64,000 bases of DNA from Camelus dromedarius (lineage: Eukaryota), in contig NC_087436.1 in the NCBI RefSeq assembly GCF_036321535.1, positions 87,794,001-87,858,000 of the forward strand. The letters are read 5' to 3'. The notes beneath the pieces were generated by a model, which made no database searches, was not told the origin of the DNA, and saw only the letters and a list, made by a program, of their open reading frames with translations. The position numbers and the translations under genes are program-made. This document shows positions 51,007 to 64,000 of this stretch, in pieces. How positions within the stretch are numbered: the first letter of the stretch is position 1; the number at the start of each line of letters is the position of its first letter.

Positions 51007-53289
51007 ATATGAACTTTTAACTACCTTGTTCTCCACTGAATTTCATTGCTCTTTAATTACTGTTACCAGATAATTTTTACTCATCACGTACAGGACATGA
51101 CTTGCTTGTATAACTGATCACAGCATCATTTGGTTTGCCCTGCTCTATGAATGCATCCATGATATGTAATTCACCTCTGCTACCTCAGTTTTTATATTTA
51201 AAGTCTGCCTGGTTTTAATTTAATTTCAAAGGTGATGGCCATTTCATTTTTGTCAGAATCTCTTCTTTGACCTCAAATTTCCATTTATACCTAATTTTAC
51301 ATGAAAACAAATGAAACCCATTATTATAAGCACTGCCCACTGCTTCCTTCTGTCTCTCCTATTCCTTGGAGTATGAACACATCAAGTTTTGTCAGAACAC
51401 ATTGAGACTGTTTTTCTTTTTACCAGAAGACAAGAATCTCTGCTAGGAGGTAATACTTTTTATAGTATAATAAAGATATTCTAATCTAGCAAAAGAACAG
51501 CAATGTTTTTCTTTGAAGAGGTGAAATAAGGAGAAACCCATTCATGTCACTTCAAGCTCTCAGTTATGCTCATTAATTTTTTTCAAAAGCATCTGTGCCA
51601 CTTGAAGATCAGCTCAGTTTGTGTCTTACATGTTCATTTCTCACTCTCATCACATGCCCATTATGGGCCGGCTATCGCCCCTCTCCATCATCGTACATCT
51701 GGGACACAGGCTTAGGAACAGCACCTGCCTGCAGGTCTCGTGGAAGGACCACATCACTTCCTCCCACACGCCAAACTCAGTGGCCAAGCCAACCTCAATG
51801 GGCAGAGTCTATACAAAGGAGGCAGGAAGTATTTTTGAACAATCATGCAATCTATCACAATCCTCTTTTAAAAAAAAAAAAAAAGAAGAATGTATAGTTC
51901 TGTTAATTCTTTTCATTTTAGTTAGCAATTGATTAGTATTTATTTAATTATCCTTGGTTGCCTGCTTTTTTTGGCTTAATACATTACGAATATTTTCTCT
52001 TGTCGATAAACTCTCTTGTGTAATGTGACTTTCAATAGTTGTTTATTTTTCCATGGCATGGTTATATGTAATTCACTTAACTGTTCTGCTTGGATGGATA
52101 TTTAGGTGGCTCTGTTTGGAGGTAATATTCAAATGGACAGGCTCCTTACCTAGAAAACATGAACATCTTTTTTTTTTCCCATACGATCTATTCAAAAGAA
52201 AGAAGTCACTTGTCTTCAATAAAATAAAAAAAGTAATGAACTTCTCTAAGAAGCTGATGGCCTTTGGATCTGTTTTAGCCAGAGTCTTCAAAGTACTGGG
52301 TTTTACTTGAGATAATCAGACTTCCTTCAACTTGCAGCAATGAGGAAATGGAGGCACATTCTTTGCCCCCATTCCTCTCTAGTTTGAACAGGTAAATGTT
52401 TTTCCTTGCATAGAGAAAATGTGGAAGCTCCCTATGGCAGAGAAAGTTAACTATCTACCTGCTTGTCCTCTGTCCATACCAAGAGTTGTTACTGGAGAGA
52501 AACTGCCAGCCAGGGGCTGCATTTCTCAATTCCCCTGACATCTCTGTGGGATCTTGAGTGGCTAGTTGTTACCAGCAGAAGGTGACCAAGTGATGGGTGT
52601 TGCTGCCAGACAAGGAGGTTAAAAAGTGCTGCCTTTCTCCCCCTCTCTCCCTTTCAGCACTGGGAAAGGCTGAGCCACAAAAGGAAGGGAGCCCACATCC
52701 CTGAATCACTCCAAGGAGGAAGACTAGCCCTTGAACTGGGAACCCTGGCCATGGACTTCGATGTGTGACTGAGCCATGGAAATGTTGGGGTTTACTCAAC
52801 ACAGAACCAGCTTTGCCCAAACCAAGACACCCACGTCCAGTGTTTTCCCCAGAAGTTAAGGGGGTATAAAAGTGAAAGCGAATGCCTTTGAGCATTCATC
52901 CTATGTCCCTCTGGGCACAGGAAAGACAGAAAGAGGACTACTCAGGTTACAAAATGCAAGTGTGGGGCTTGAACTAATTTCTCCTCTAGGAACCATTATG
53001 CTGCCCCAAACGAATATTTGTTCAGTAAACACCAACTAGAGAAATCAGTACAGGCACGGAGCCAGCCTGAACTCCCAGAGCCCACTGTTGGATTTCCAAC
53101 TAAAGTTACACGTGCGATCTCCACGTTCTTTTGAACTGGCAAAATGAGGAACGTAATGCAAATATTAAGAGTAGGACCTTGGAAATAAACCAACCTGTAT
53201 TCAAATCACAGCTCATTCCAATTAAAAAAAATTTTTTTTTAAATCACAGCTCAGCCGTGGAGTAACTCTTGGCTAAAATTCCAAGAACA

Positions 53290-53990
53290 GTAGCCGAAAA
53301 TCCCTGCCGTATAACTGTAGAGAGAGGCTCTGCTACGTTGAGCCGGGACGTCATAGTTTGCTCCATAGTCCTGTCCAGGCTGGGCACTCAGCAATTTCAC
53401 AATAGCCTCTGCTACGGGCGTCCAAGCCACCACTGCCCCAGAGCCTGCCTTTTCAGCTGCCATTTCTGCCACCACCTCCAGAGAGCCTGGGTCAGTTTGG
53501 GCCCCTGGAGAAGCAGACATGAAGACAGAATTAGAAGTGGAAGAGACTGATTGAGGGAAATGCCCAGAAAAGACAAAGGGGGAGGGAGCAAGAGTAGGAA
53601 GGAAGAGCATTCAGACCACGGTGCAGGGCTGATACCTGTGAAAAGAGAGAAGGAAGGAGGCAGGTTCGGGTAAGAAGAGCCTCAGGCCATAGTGACTTCT
53701 GTGAAAGTCTCCAACAGGCAGAACAGGAGCCTCTGGAGCATCCCACATTGGAGAGGAATAGCCCAGCTCCTGCACCCGCTCTGTTCCCTTGCACTGAATC
53801 AAGCTGCTTGGTTAAAGCAGAGACTTGTCGTGAATGCTGCAAAAGGCTGTCAACAGCTTTCAGTTAATTATACCCCCACAGCAGGTCTCTTGACGGGAGA
53901 TCTGAGTGGCATTTCCACGCTGCCAAAGGATTGCTCCCATCTTTTCCTTTGGCGTCACTGGCTTCTGAGTCAAAGTCTGATTGATGGAGA
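53290..53990. mobile_element. Ancient ERVL-type LTR fragment(s)
   Basis: CCCCTGGAGAAGCAGAC-TGA...GAGACTGATTGAGGGAAATGCCC...GTGCAGGGCTGATACCTGTGAAA. Confidence 0.5.
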
Positions 53991-56900
53991 TTAGACCAGA
54001 TGCCCTTGATGCAAGGATGCCTGGGGGAGCAGGTGACTGGCATTTTTCAGCACCAACAGTCTTCTTAAACATAAGTCAGAACAAATGAGTGTAAAGCCCT
54101 TAGCCCAATGCCTGGTGCGTAACAGGCACTGGATGAACGGTAGCTGTCATCCTCACTAACCTCCCTGAGAGTGTCAGGGAGGGCAGTGGAAGGAGAATGG
54201 GTTGTGGAATCCATCTGCCCTGGGTTCAGATCTTGACTCCAGCCTCCCGATGAAATTGACCAAGGGACTTAGCCTTTCTGAGCCTAGTTTCCTCATCTGT
54301 AAGGCTGCCTTTGTGGAGTCATAGTGAAGGTTTGTGTTACTATATAGAAAATAGTTAGCCCAGAGTAGGATATATTTACTTTGCAGTGAGCAGAGTAGGG
54401 CGCGCCAAGATTAGAGTGTAAACTCCATGTGGTGGGCACTAAGCCAAGCTAGTCTTTGTAGGCCTGGCCCTCGGTGTGGACTGTGGCATATACCAGGCCC
54501 TCGATAGACATTTGTTCATGAATGAATGGATGAGTGAATGAATAGACATTTTTTTCTTATTGATAAATAACAAAGACAAAGCTACATGAATCGTTTTGAA
54601 CTAGGATTCTGTTTTGCAGACTAATTCTTCCTAAAAATGTCCTCTCTTCTCCTCATTTGTTTCTGGTGTTCTTACATTCAATCTAACCTCTCTCCAAGGA
54701 GCTTAGAGATTATAGAGTCAAGTAGTTTTATTTCATTTCATTAATTTAGTTGTACTCTTATCAAAGTAATAGAATACTTAGTTTTAAGTGTCACATAGTC
54801 AGGACAAAACATCTTCCCCTTGGCCCACTCCTCCCAGCCCTGATTCCGATTCCTCAGAGGCAACCAGTTTCAACTCTTCAGCTGTTTCTTTGGTATTTAC
54901 TTCATATCTCTACTTCTTGATTTTTTAAAAAATTAGACGTTACTGATTTTTTTATTGTAGAAAATGGGAGTTCACATCTCTTCTCCCTACACACGAACAC
55001 CCACACCCGCAACGGCCATACACTCACACACACGATCCTACCTCCTTCCATCCAGTACGGTTGTTTCAATTATTTCATAGTTTTTATTAACTCCATAGTG
55101 TGTTTATTGCAGTAGGATTATGTCGCTGCTGAGCTATGAGGATACCGCGATTATATTTTACTTTTCATGTAATTTTTGTGTCCTCCTTAGTTTATAATTG
55201 ATTTTTTTTCATTTGCTCACTTGTGACAATCACAAATTCATTTTCAAATTATCCCCCAGAGCTGTAAAACCCTGATGGTCAAACCCGCGAGATCTTCTAG
55301 CAGTCCTCCTTCTCCTGAGAGTCCTCTCTCCTGGTGCGCTCCAGTCTGGACAGGCTGCTCTCCAGGCTGGCCACACACCTGCTGTCTGGGAGGGAGGGGG
55401 TGCTTCCCTCCAGCCCCATCTGAGAGATGGTTTCACCTCTCTCTTGTGTAGGGTCCCCATTGCCAGAATCCCTTGTCTTCCTCTTACTTGGTTTACTCCA
55501 GTGACTTCCTGAGAAAGAACACATGAAGGAAACTTAGCATAGAAACTGTGGGTGTGCCTGCACGCGGGACATTTCACAGAAGTGGCCGGACTTGTCTGCA
55601 AACAGAAATTCCTGCCAAGTGACTCTGCCCGTTCCCAGGGGAAACATTGCTGTTTATTAGTTCCTCAAAAGGAACAGGCCTGGGAACAGGAAGGTCTGAA
55701 TGTAATTAAGATAAGGAAGCCTTAGATGTAGTGCGCATGCGTCAATTTAAAAAATGTTTACTCTCTGCTTGGCAAGAGTTACTCCTTTGTGTAGATGGTA
55801 TAAAAAATAAAGGAACCCGAATCTCGGGAGACATTTTGCACCACAGCAGCTCTGTGATTCATTTCGTCAGCAACAAACACATAGGAAGTAAGGGTTTTGG
55901 TTTTTTTTTTTTTTTTTTTGAGACTTTATCTGCAAAAATCATTGTGCTACCCTGTCAGTGTAATCCATTGAGATTGAAAAGTTATTAGACTAGGAAATAC
56001 TTTATTGCAATTTTTCATCCCAAAGTTTGACCAAGTATAACAGAAGTTCCAAAAGAACAGTGGCTTGGACAAGACTGAGGCTTGTCTCTCTCATAGAAAC
56101 TTTGGCATGAGTAACCCCGGGCTGGTTCGATGGCTCCACAGCCATCCGGAACCCAGCCCTTTCAATCCCCTTGCTCACCATGCCCAACAGACAGATTCCA
56201 CTTTGTGATTTAGGATAACTGCTTCAGCCCCAGGCTTCACATCCTCATTCAGACCATCAAGAATAAGAAAGAGGGGGTAGAAAGAGAAAGGATATCCCTG
56301 AAGGACACTTCCTAAAGGCTCCACACACAGCTTGTTTTGTCCTGACTATGTGACACTTAACTTTCCATCCTTATTTCATCCTTGTTTCTAACCTTATTTT
56401 TATGATCTCTCCCACAGATTTGATCGTACCCCTATATCTGCATCATGACTATTATTGGATTTTAAGCACATAGTGTGAAGTAAACATGCCTCTTAATTTG
56501 TATCACTTTCCATTTTTAATTTGTAACCAGATGTTGGCTGTCATTAACCACCATTTCTCTTGTATAGATCATCCTACATTTGAAGCACAACATCATCATA
56601 GCCCCTAGAAGAAAACCCACCCCACAAATCAATAATAATTTTGGCAGGTTGGCCTGGTCATCTTCCAGGGGCATTTGTGCATGTTGGAGGTTTCAGGGGT
56701 CAGAATTGCTTTTAAGTTCCCTGGTGGTGAAGGGCATGCAATGGGAGGCAGGGGAGATGCTACTGTTTCCCATCCTGTGGGAGAAAGTGGTTTCTTTGAG
56801 AGAAAAAAATGAAAAGAAGCACAGAAAACAAAGAAGAGTCTTGGCCAAGTTCAAGTCCCTCGTTCTATTTGTTTCTAAGACCCAGCTGCCTGTATGTCCT

Positions 56901-57664
56901 CCCTGTGGTTTGCTTGTTTGAAGTTGTCATGAATCCTACTAATAAATCTTTCTTTTTGCCCAGGCCAGTTTAACTGGATTTCTGTCACTTGGAAACACAG
57001 TGATCCTGACTAATGCATATTCAAACAAAGCCAACTCTTGTACTTGCCACAGAGATTTCTCATCATGCACACGGCTAGTTTCCCCGCTGGGGGAGAAATT
57101 GGGGAGTGATGGCCAAAAGGTAGATGGTTCTTTCTGGGGAAATGTTCCAAAATTGAGGGTGGTAATGGTTGCACAATTCTGCATATCCACCAAGAGCTAC
57201 TGACTGATATAAATAGGTGAATTTTATGGTATGTGATCTGTATCTCAATCAAGCTGTTTTTAAAAACTATTATAAGCTGTAGAATTGCCATCTGTATCTC
57301 TAAAATAGTTAGCAAGGGGCTCTCCTTAAATCTACCTACAGCTAGTTTAATTCAGTGTCCTGTAAGAGTGGTGGCTGGGACCATTAGTGTTCTCCCCACA
57401 GAAGACGAGTAAGCTTTGTTCCTGCAAGAGAAGATGCAGAAGTGCCTGTTCTCAGAGACCAGCAAAAAACAATCACCATGGCCTGGGTCACGAGGGCTTC
57501 CCAAAGAATCGAAGGGAATTAATCCAAAGTAAAGAAGATCTGCTTGAGTGAACATTTTCAATACAACAAAAATAGAATAAGAAAGTCTGAAGAAACATTG
57601 AGTTCATGTTCTAATACAAGCATTTAGATTTTCTTTCATTTAGACTTATAATTAAGAATGCCTA

Positions 57665-57815
57665 GGAGAGGGTATAGCTCAAGTGGTTGATCGCATTCTT
57701 AGCATACACAAGGTCCTGGGCTCAATCCCCAGGACCTCCTTTAAAAATAAAAATAAACCTAATTACCTCCTCCAGCCAAAAAAATAATAACTAAAAAAAA
57801 AAAAGAAAAAAAAAT
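57665..57815 (+). mobile_element. Vic-1-like SINE
   Basis: GAGGGTATAGCTCAAGTGG...GGTCCTGGGCTCAATCCCCAG...AAACCTAATTACCTCC plus long A tail. Confidence 0.88.
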
Positions 57816-58839
57816 CTTACCACAAGTTTAAAAAAAAAAAAATCTTCCTTAGAAGCCAGGCCTGGAAAATCAAGACTCATTCAGCAATTTATTGGATTTA
57901 TACGTGTTTCCTTATTCATTCTCACACTTCCTGGGAGCCTGACTGCACAGAGATGATCAAGACATCATCTGGGCAAGGAGGAGCTCTTGGCCCAGTGGTG
58001 GAGTTTCAAGTGCTCAAGCAATGTCAACCCAGCAGGAAGAGGGCCCTGTGAAGGCCTGAGCTGGGGGCACTGTGGGCCCTGGGAGTCATGGCTATTACGA
58101 TCTATTTTACTTGCAGCTAATGTGGTGCTCATTTACTTGCCTAAGCTTCCACTTTCCCACCTATAAAGGGAAGCTAATTATAGCAAGAAATGATTGCATC
58201 CTTGCTCTCGGTGGCCTGACTTGAAAGAAGTGCAGATCAAACTCTTGCTGGTGAGTTAGCTCCCCAGAAGACAGTAACTCAGTATGTAAATCTCTGGAAG
58301 GAGCTACCTAAATACAAGATTCCCATTAGTATTATCAGATTTTTCATTCATTTATTCATCCAAGAAATATTTATTGAACATCTATTAACCATGCTTCTCA
58401 AACTGGAATACACAACAGTGGCCGTGTATCAGAGGATAAATAGACTCAGAAATTCAATATTGCACAGCTTTTCAAAGCATTAAGTTCACCTAGTATAAGC
58501 AATTCATAACATTTTTATGTTAAATAAATATGGGTATGCTTCAGACAGGGATGCCAAATGCATACAAAGTTTTAGGATTAAGTATTTGGGGCTTTATAGT
58601 AGACTTCTTTGATTTATGTCTTCCAGAATTCAGGGAGAATCTATTCATTCTCTTCTGCCACTAATTGAGCATCAATTGTTAAGTAAGTATCTTAGAAGAT
58701 GCAAAATATACATCCCTCCAAAAGTATATGATCTGAACTGAAACAAACAAGATACATTAACAAATGAATCAAGTAGCTATCCACACACGTGTCTTTTGAG
58801 AAGTGTGAGAGATTGCTCTGTGTCTGTGAAGTCATTTTA

Positions 58840-59106
58840 TTTATTTTTATTTATTTTATTTTTTTAAATTTATTCATTTTTACAGGGGGAGGGTATAGCT
58901 TAGTGGTAGAGCATGTGCTTAGCATGCAAAAGGTCCTGGGTTCAATCCCCAGTCCCTCCAGTAAAATAAATAAATAAACCTAATTACCTCCCCCTGCCAA
59001 AAAAACACAATAAAATTTATTCATTTTTGTTAACAGAGGTACTGGGGATTGAACCCAGGACCTCATGCATGCTAAGCATGCTCTACCACTGAGCTCTACG
59101 CTCACC
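58840..59106 (-). mobile_element. Vic-1-like SINE (outer, host copy)
   Basis: Body at 59035-59106 on the - strand; perfect 17-bp TSD TCTGTGAAGTCATTTTA at 58823-58839 and 59107-59123. Confidence 0.92.
58885..59012 (+). mobile_element. Vic-1-like SINE inserted in the tail of an opposite-strand SINE
   Basis: Full head and tail; TSD AAATTTATTCATTTTT at 58866-58881 and 59013-59028. Confidence 0.92.
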
Positions 59107-61949
59107 TCTGTGAAGTCATTTTAAATTAGACTCCTGACATGACAGAACTATGAGAAACCAATTCAGGGGCCCCACTAGAGAAACCTGGAGAAGAAAATGA
59201 AATTCAACAGATAAGTCACTAAGCAAACAGATCCAGAAATAGCCAAAGATGGGTCTTTCTTACACAGAGCGAAAGCTCACATCTAAGATTATCAAGGCAG
59301 GTGGACTTGGAAGGATGGAGAAGATTACAAAGGGCAGGGATTAGGGAAAGGCCGTTCCAGGTAAATGGACTGACATCTAGAAAAGGGACAAAGTCAGGAA
59401 AAGTGAAGGTGTATTTGGGGCTCAGGGGGTAATTGGTTGATCTAAAACAAAAGTTTCACCCAGCATGCCAGCACAGCCCAATGGAGGGACTTTGAAATCA
59501 AGGACAAAGAATGTGACATGTACCTGCCACTTAGCACACGATCAAGGGACACTTGCTGACTTACACGGGCAGGACACGGCAGATGTGATGATGTTCTCCA
59601 CAGCTCCCCGGCAAGTCAGAATAAGCTCAGCTCCAGGGTCTGCTTGACATGTTTCCAGTTTGCTCCCTCCTCCTCTTCCTGCACCTCTCTGTCTATTCTC
59701 TCCCATTCTGTTTTTTAAAAACTGTTCCATCTTTATTAGAAAAGCATCCAAACACACACATGGAGAATCTTTTGCAATACTCCCCACACCACTATATGCA
59801 GTTCAGTCTGGAGTAGTCCCAGGAGATGACTCATTCCGAGGTGGAATAACATGCTGGTGGATAAAGCAGGAAAGGATTAGGACTGCCTCGTTTTGGGTGT
59901 GTGTTACCCTTGCAAGTTTGTAATTTTTACCTCTTCACAGTTGCTATATTGTCCACCCATGCTGGGAAGGAACTGTGTCTTAGTTTAATTCCCTGTGTCT
60001 TGACACATAGTGCGAGGTTCGAAGGAGTCAATAACAGCACCCTTCTTCCCCAATCTCGGAACTGTCTGAGATACAAAGGGAGCAAACAGATGGAGGTCAA
60101 AAAAATGAGCAGCTTAATTATTGGAAAAACTGAATGGGACCATGTGCTTTAGCTGGGCAGCAACAGTGGGTGTCCTAACAATTGAAACCAAGGATTAGAC
60201 AGACTCACCCACCCACTCAGCCACAAGCCGACCTAGAAAACTGCAGGTCTCACCCCACCAGACAGAGTCTTTATTGGGTAGCCAATTGCAGAACAAGGCA
60301 TGTGCTTTCTGCAGGCTGATCCCAGAGAAAGGGAAGAAGAAGATCTGAGGGTTGGATGCCAGCAACTCCTTCCCAAGCCACCAGCATCTCCCTGGGGAAG
60401 ATTGGAGCAAGGAGGCATGAAAGGGCAGATGTATTGTCCTATAAAGGGTTCCTAGAGGCCAAGACATCCCCACCCTCATTATGTGGTGTTGTGTGCCCCA
60501 GATGTGTGCGTTGGATTGTCTATGTGATGAGCACTTTACTAAGGCCAACTTGAAACGAGAGGCCTGATGAGCAAAGGTGCTCAGTTATTCTAGCTGGTCC
60601 TCTGTCCTGTGGAGGGCGTCGCAGCACACCTTGTTGTCCTGGAAAGAATCAATTGATCCGCCCCTCTTACTTATGCAATGCATTGTCCAGGAAGCGCTGA
60701 AGGAGGGCAAAGGGTGTAGCAGGAGGAATCCTGGAACTGTTCACCGGGGAGACCTCCAGAATGCAAAGCAGTTTGCTGGGGGAGGATGGAATGAATTTGC
60801 ATAAGGAGCCCAGGGCCTTCTGGGAGAAAATGAACTGGGGTCCCAACACTCAGGCTTCAACACCTGCTTTCAGAAATCTAAAGACTTGCAGACTGGCTGG
60901 CCAGATGGAAGTAGCATTGATCTTTCCAAGAGACAATAAAATTTGAGAATACAGTAAAATTTGAGATTATAGTAAAGGGCCTTTTTTTTTAAATTTAAAT
61001 TATTTTAAAAACAATACTTTTTCACCAGAAGGTGGCATATTTTCAACAATAAAAAAAAGCCTAATGATCCAATGATGCTATGCCTAGAAGTATACTCACA
61101 CAATATTATCTTGATAACATTGAATCAGTGGTAACACCATAGAGTTGGGCTGTAAGTAAATTGTACACTATAATAGAAGAATGTGGGATTCTAAGCCTAT
61201 TAATAATATAGATATTAAATATAATATATATAATAATATAGAGAGAGCAAATGTTTAACCCATTTATTAAACCAAAATTTTCAAGCTTAGTAGCACACAA
61301 GAAATAATCACACTAATTGCAAATAATTATTGCAAGTTTTTTCTTTAAGAAAAAGTCTGATTTGCTCTCTTCTTGCAAACAGCCCAGTGTGTGTTCCATA
61401 TGTATATCAAGTTCATAGAGTTTTAGAATTAAAGGAGATCTTAGAAACCATCTAGTTATTTAGTTAAGCAGATCCGCATTTCTTTCATTTTACAGACATA
61501 TAAGTGACATACCCAAGGTCAAGTTATTGCAGAGACAAATCTAGACCAGTTTCTTGATTTCTGCTTCATACCTTTAAATGCACATTTTCAAGTATGCAGT
61601 GTTCTATAAATATCAATTAGGACACGTTCACTTGTTATGTTGTTCAAGTTTACTGTGTCCTTACTGCCTACCCACTCCATCAGTTACTGAAAGAGTTGAA
61701 ATCACCAAATATAATGTTAGATTTGTCTATTTTTTAATGTGCATTTTAAAATATTTCCTAATTCTGGATTGTCTCTATTTTAGACTTTCCATCCACCTGA
61801 TCTAAACTAAAGCAGTTTTCTACACGGACAGGAACAGCAGAATGGAATCAATAAATAGCACAAAGTTGTCCCCAAACCCTGGCACTTCCTGGGAATGGAA
61901 GGAGTTACAGTGAGGCGTGGAAAATGCGCTGTGACGCCAGTGACCCCGC

Positions 61950-63255
61950 AGGGGTTCCCAGCAATGTGCTCAGACATTTACGTAAACTTTTCAAAAGTAA
62001 GATATTTTAACCCCAATTGGTTCAGATAGCTGTCCCCTTCCATCTTGACTTCCTGTCTGTCATTTCCCTTATATCAAAGACATTAGAGTGATTACAGGCA
62101 GTTTTGGGTCCTGCTGAGGAGAAACAGAGTGGGGACTGTGTCAGCTACAATTTTGAAAGTTGTTTTGGAAAGTTTCAGTAAAACAAGTGAGAAGTGACAG
62201 ACAGCATTTGAATTATTTATTTTATTAAAAAGCCAAAAGGAAAACATTTCCCCAACATCATTGAGGTATAATTGACAAAGCTGTATAAACTTAAGGTGTA
62301 CAACATGGTGATATATGTATCTGTTGTGAAATGATTATCACAATAAAGTTAGCTAACACTCCCATCACTTCACCTATTTATCATCTGAAAGAAAATTCAG
62401 ATTAAAAAAATTAGTGGAATATGAAATATGGTTATTGTCAAGAATGAAACCAATAGAAATTAGAATTTTTCTGACATTGAAAAGCAAATTGTGACCAAAG
62501 AATTCCAGATCAGACCAAAAGCAATAATTCATCAAGAGAAAGAGAAAATTTTCAAATGGAATTAATAAATCGATTTTGAGATTGCTCGATAATCCCATTA
62601 AGGAAGAGAAGTGAAAAATATATTTGATTGGAAAAATACTTTGATTTCTTGCAATTTTGACATGAAATGCTGCCATCTAAAAAGATAATAGAAATCATCA
62701 CATATCACTGCAAGGGGGACATAGCAATAAACCGGTTAATAAGAGCTATCAATTCAAACAGTATTCAAGTTTACATCTTATACCAGAAAATTAGAAAATG
62801 TCCTGAAATCTCATATATGGATCATAGGCATTTCCCCAAATTTCCCCACCAATGTAAAATGCACATGACCGTACAGATTGTGAAGCTGAGGGAAGTTCTC
62901 AGCTATCAACAGGAGAAAAATTTTTGATGAACCATAATCAAGGAAAATCTGAATTAAATTTCTATTCTCACCAGAGAAAATATTACAAAATCTTTTTTAT
63001 GAAGGGACAAAGAATTTTTTAATGTAGGAAAAAAGAGTGTTAGGGAGGTGTATAAGATAACTAATTAATAAAAAATATTTTATTTGTGGCATTTGTCAGC
63101 ATTTTGAAATTTGTAACCATTGTCATTTCTTTCCTCATTTTAAAATAGTCTCTTCCAACTTTGACTTTGTATTTTTAAGTTTGTATTCTTTCCTCTAAAA
63201 GAGGGTCTCCTGAACTGAATAAACTACAGGTCCCACAAAGCCAGGACCTGGCCAG
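61950..63255 (+). mobile_element. Arthur1-like hAT-Tip100 DNA transposon relic with decayed transposase end, interrupted by a short L1 fragment (~62255-62375)
   Basis: AAAAGTAAGATATTTTAACC subterminal motif; hAT dimerisation-domain remnant (MHMT..CEAE) near 62830-62910; 3' end CAGGTCCCACAAAGCCAGGACCTGGCC. Confidence 0.65.
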
Positions 63256-63280
63256 GGTGTAAGTTAAAGTGGCAGTGTAC

Positions 63281-63413
63281 GGGGGAGGGTACAGCTCAAG
63301 TGGTAAAGCTCATGCTTAGCATGCATGAGGTCCTGGGTTGAACCAGTACCTCCACGAAAAATAAATAAATAAACCTAATTACCTCCCCACCCTGCAAAAT
63401 AACCCAAACAACA
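63281..63413 (+). mobile_element. Vic-1-like SINE
   Basis: GGGGGAGGGTACAGCTCAAGTGG...CATGCTTAGCATGCATGAGGTCCTGGGTT. Confidence 0.9.
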
Positions 63414-63530
63414 AAATGGCAATATATTTTCTTAATAGAAAGAAATGAGGGTATCTTTTTGCAGCCTTTTGGGAGCGCTCCATCAGAGGCTGACCAGTGT
63501 GGTCACGGGGCTGTGGGCTGTACTGAGACT

Positions 63531-63546
63531 TGGCCAGCAGGTGGCA
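63531..63546 (+). promoter_or_regulatory. Predicted CTCF-binding site
   Basis: TGGCCAGCAGGTGGCA matches the CCASYAGRKGGCR core exactly; TGTACT lies 6 bp upstream, at the spacing of the ZF9-11 upstream motif. Confidence 0.6.
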
Positions 63547-63589
63547 AGTGCAATAGAGCAGTTTCAAATCACAGCCCGTGTTGCCGAAG

Positions 63590-63790
63590 ACATGGGAGTT
63601 TGAGATTTGCAGATATGAACTTCTATATATAAAATAGATAAGCAACAAGGTCCTACTGAGAACTACATTCAATGGCATGTAGTAAACCTGTAATGAAAAA
63701 GAGTATGTATATATGAACATATAACTGAATCACCATGCTGCACACCAGAAGCTAATACAACATTGTAAATCGAAAAAAAAATTTTTTAAT
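63590..63790 (+). mobile_element. Short L1 3' end
   Basis: GGGAGTTTGAGATTTGCAGATA...ACTGAATCACCATGCTGCACACCAGAA plus A tail. Confidence 0.85.
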
Positions 63791-64000
63791 AGCAGCAAGA
63801 TAAAAGGTTATTTTTGCACACTGCCTGGTACCAGATGTTTTGCTTTGGTGCTTTGGAGTATTTTAGAGGAATAATGTTTTAAGACAGATATGAAGCATAG
63901 CTTCCCTCACCAGTTAAAATAAATCCAAAGAGCCAGATATTTAATAGCACGTTAAACCCCCATCCCCCTGCCGTATTACAATTACGAGCACGTGCTTCAG

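Noticed and set aside
62374..62927. Possible domesticated hAT transposase
   Set aside because: Many stops and frameshifts; only a fossil remains.

Overview
Mammalian genomic DNA, most likely camelid (alpaca, llama or camel), judged from at least seven Vic-1-like tRNA-derived SINEs. The window holds one complete protein-coding gene on the minus strand, CWH43 (PGAP2-interacting protein; GPI-anchor lipid remodelling). I traced all 16 coding exons by hand from the ATG at 46799 to the TGA at 6653. All introns are GT-AG, phases are consistent, and the CDS is 2100 nt (699 aa). The gene has a CpG-island promoter (~46300-47350) and an AATAAA at 6491-6496. The rest is intronic or intergenic DNA filled with L1, L2, MIR, LTR and DNA-transposon relics and microsatellites. 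Almost all ORFs in the supplied track are spurious. I found no evidence of a new multi-gene system. The points most worth checking are a tandem splice donor that could truncate CWH43, a MER41-like solo LTR near the promoter, a nested inverted SINE pair, a co-oriented CTCF-like motif cluster and a duplicated MRE-like promoter motif. Repeat family names and the human protein comparison come from memory of consensus sequences, and repeat boundaries are approximate.
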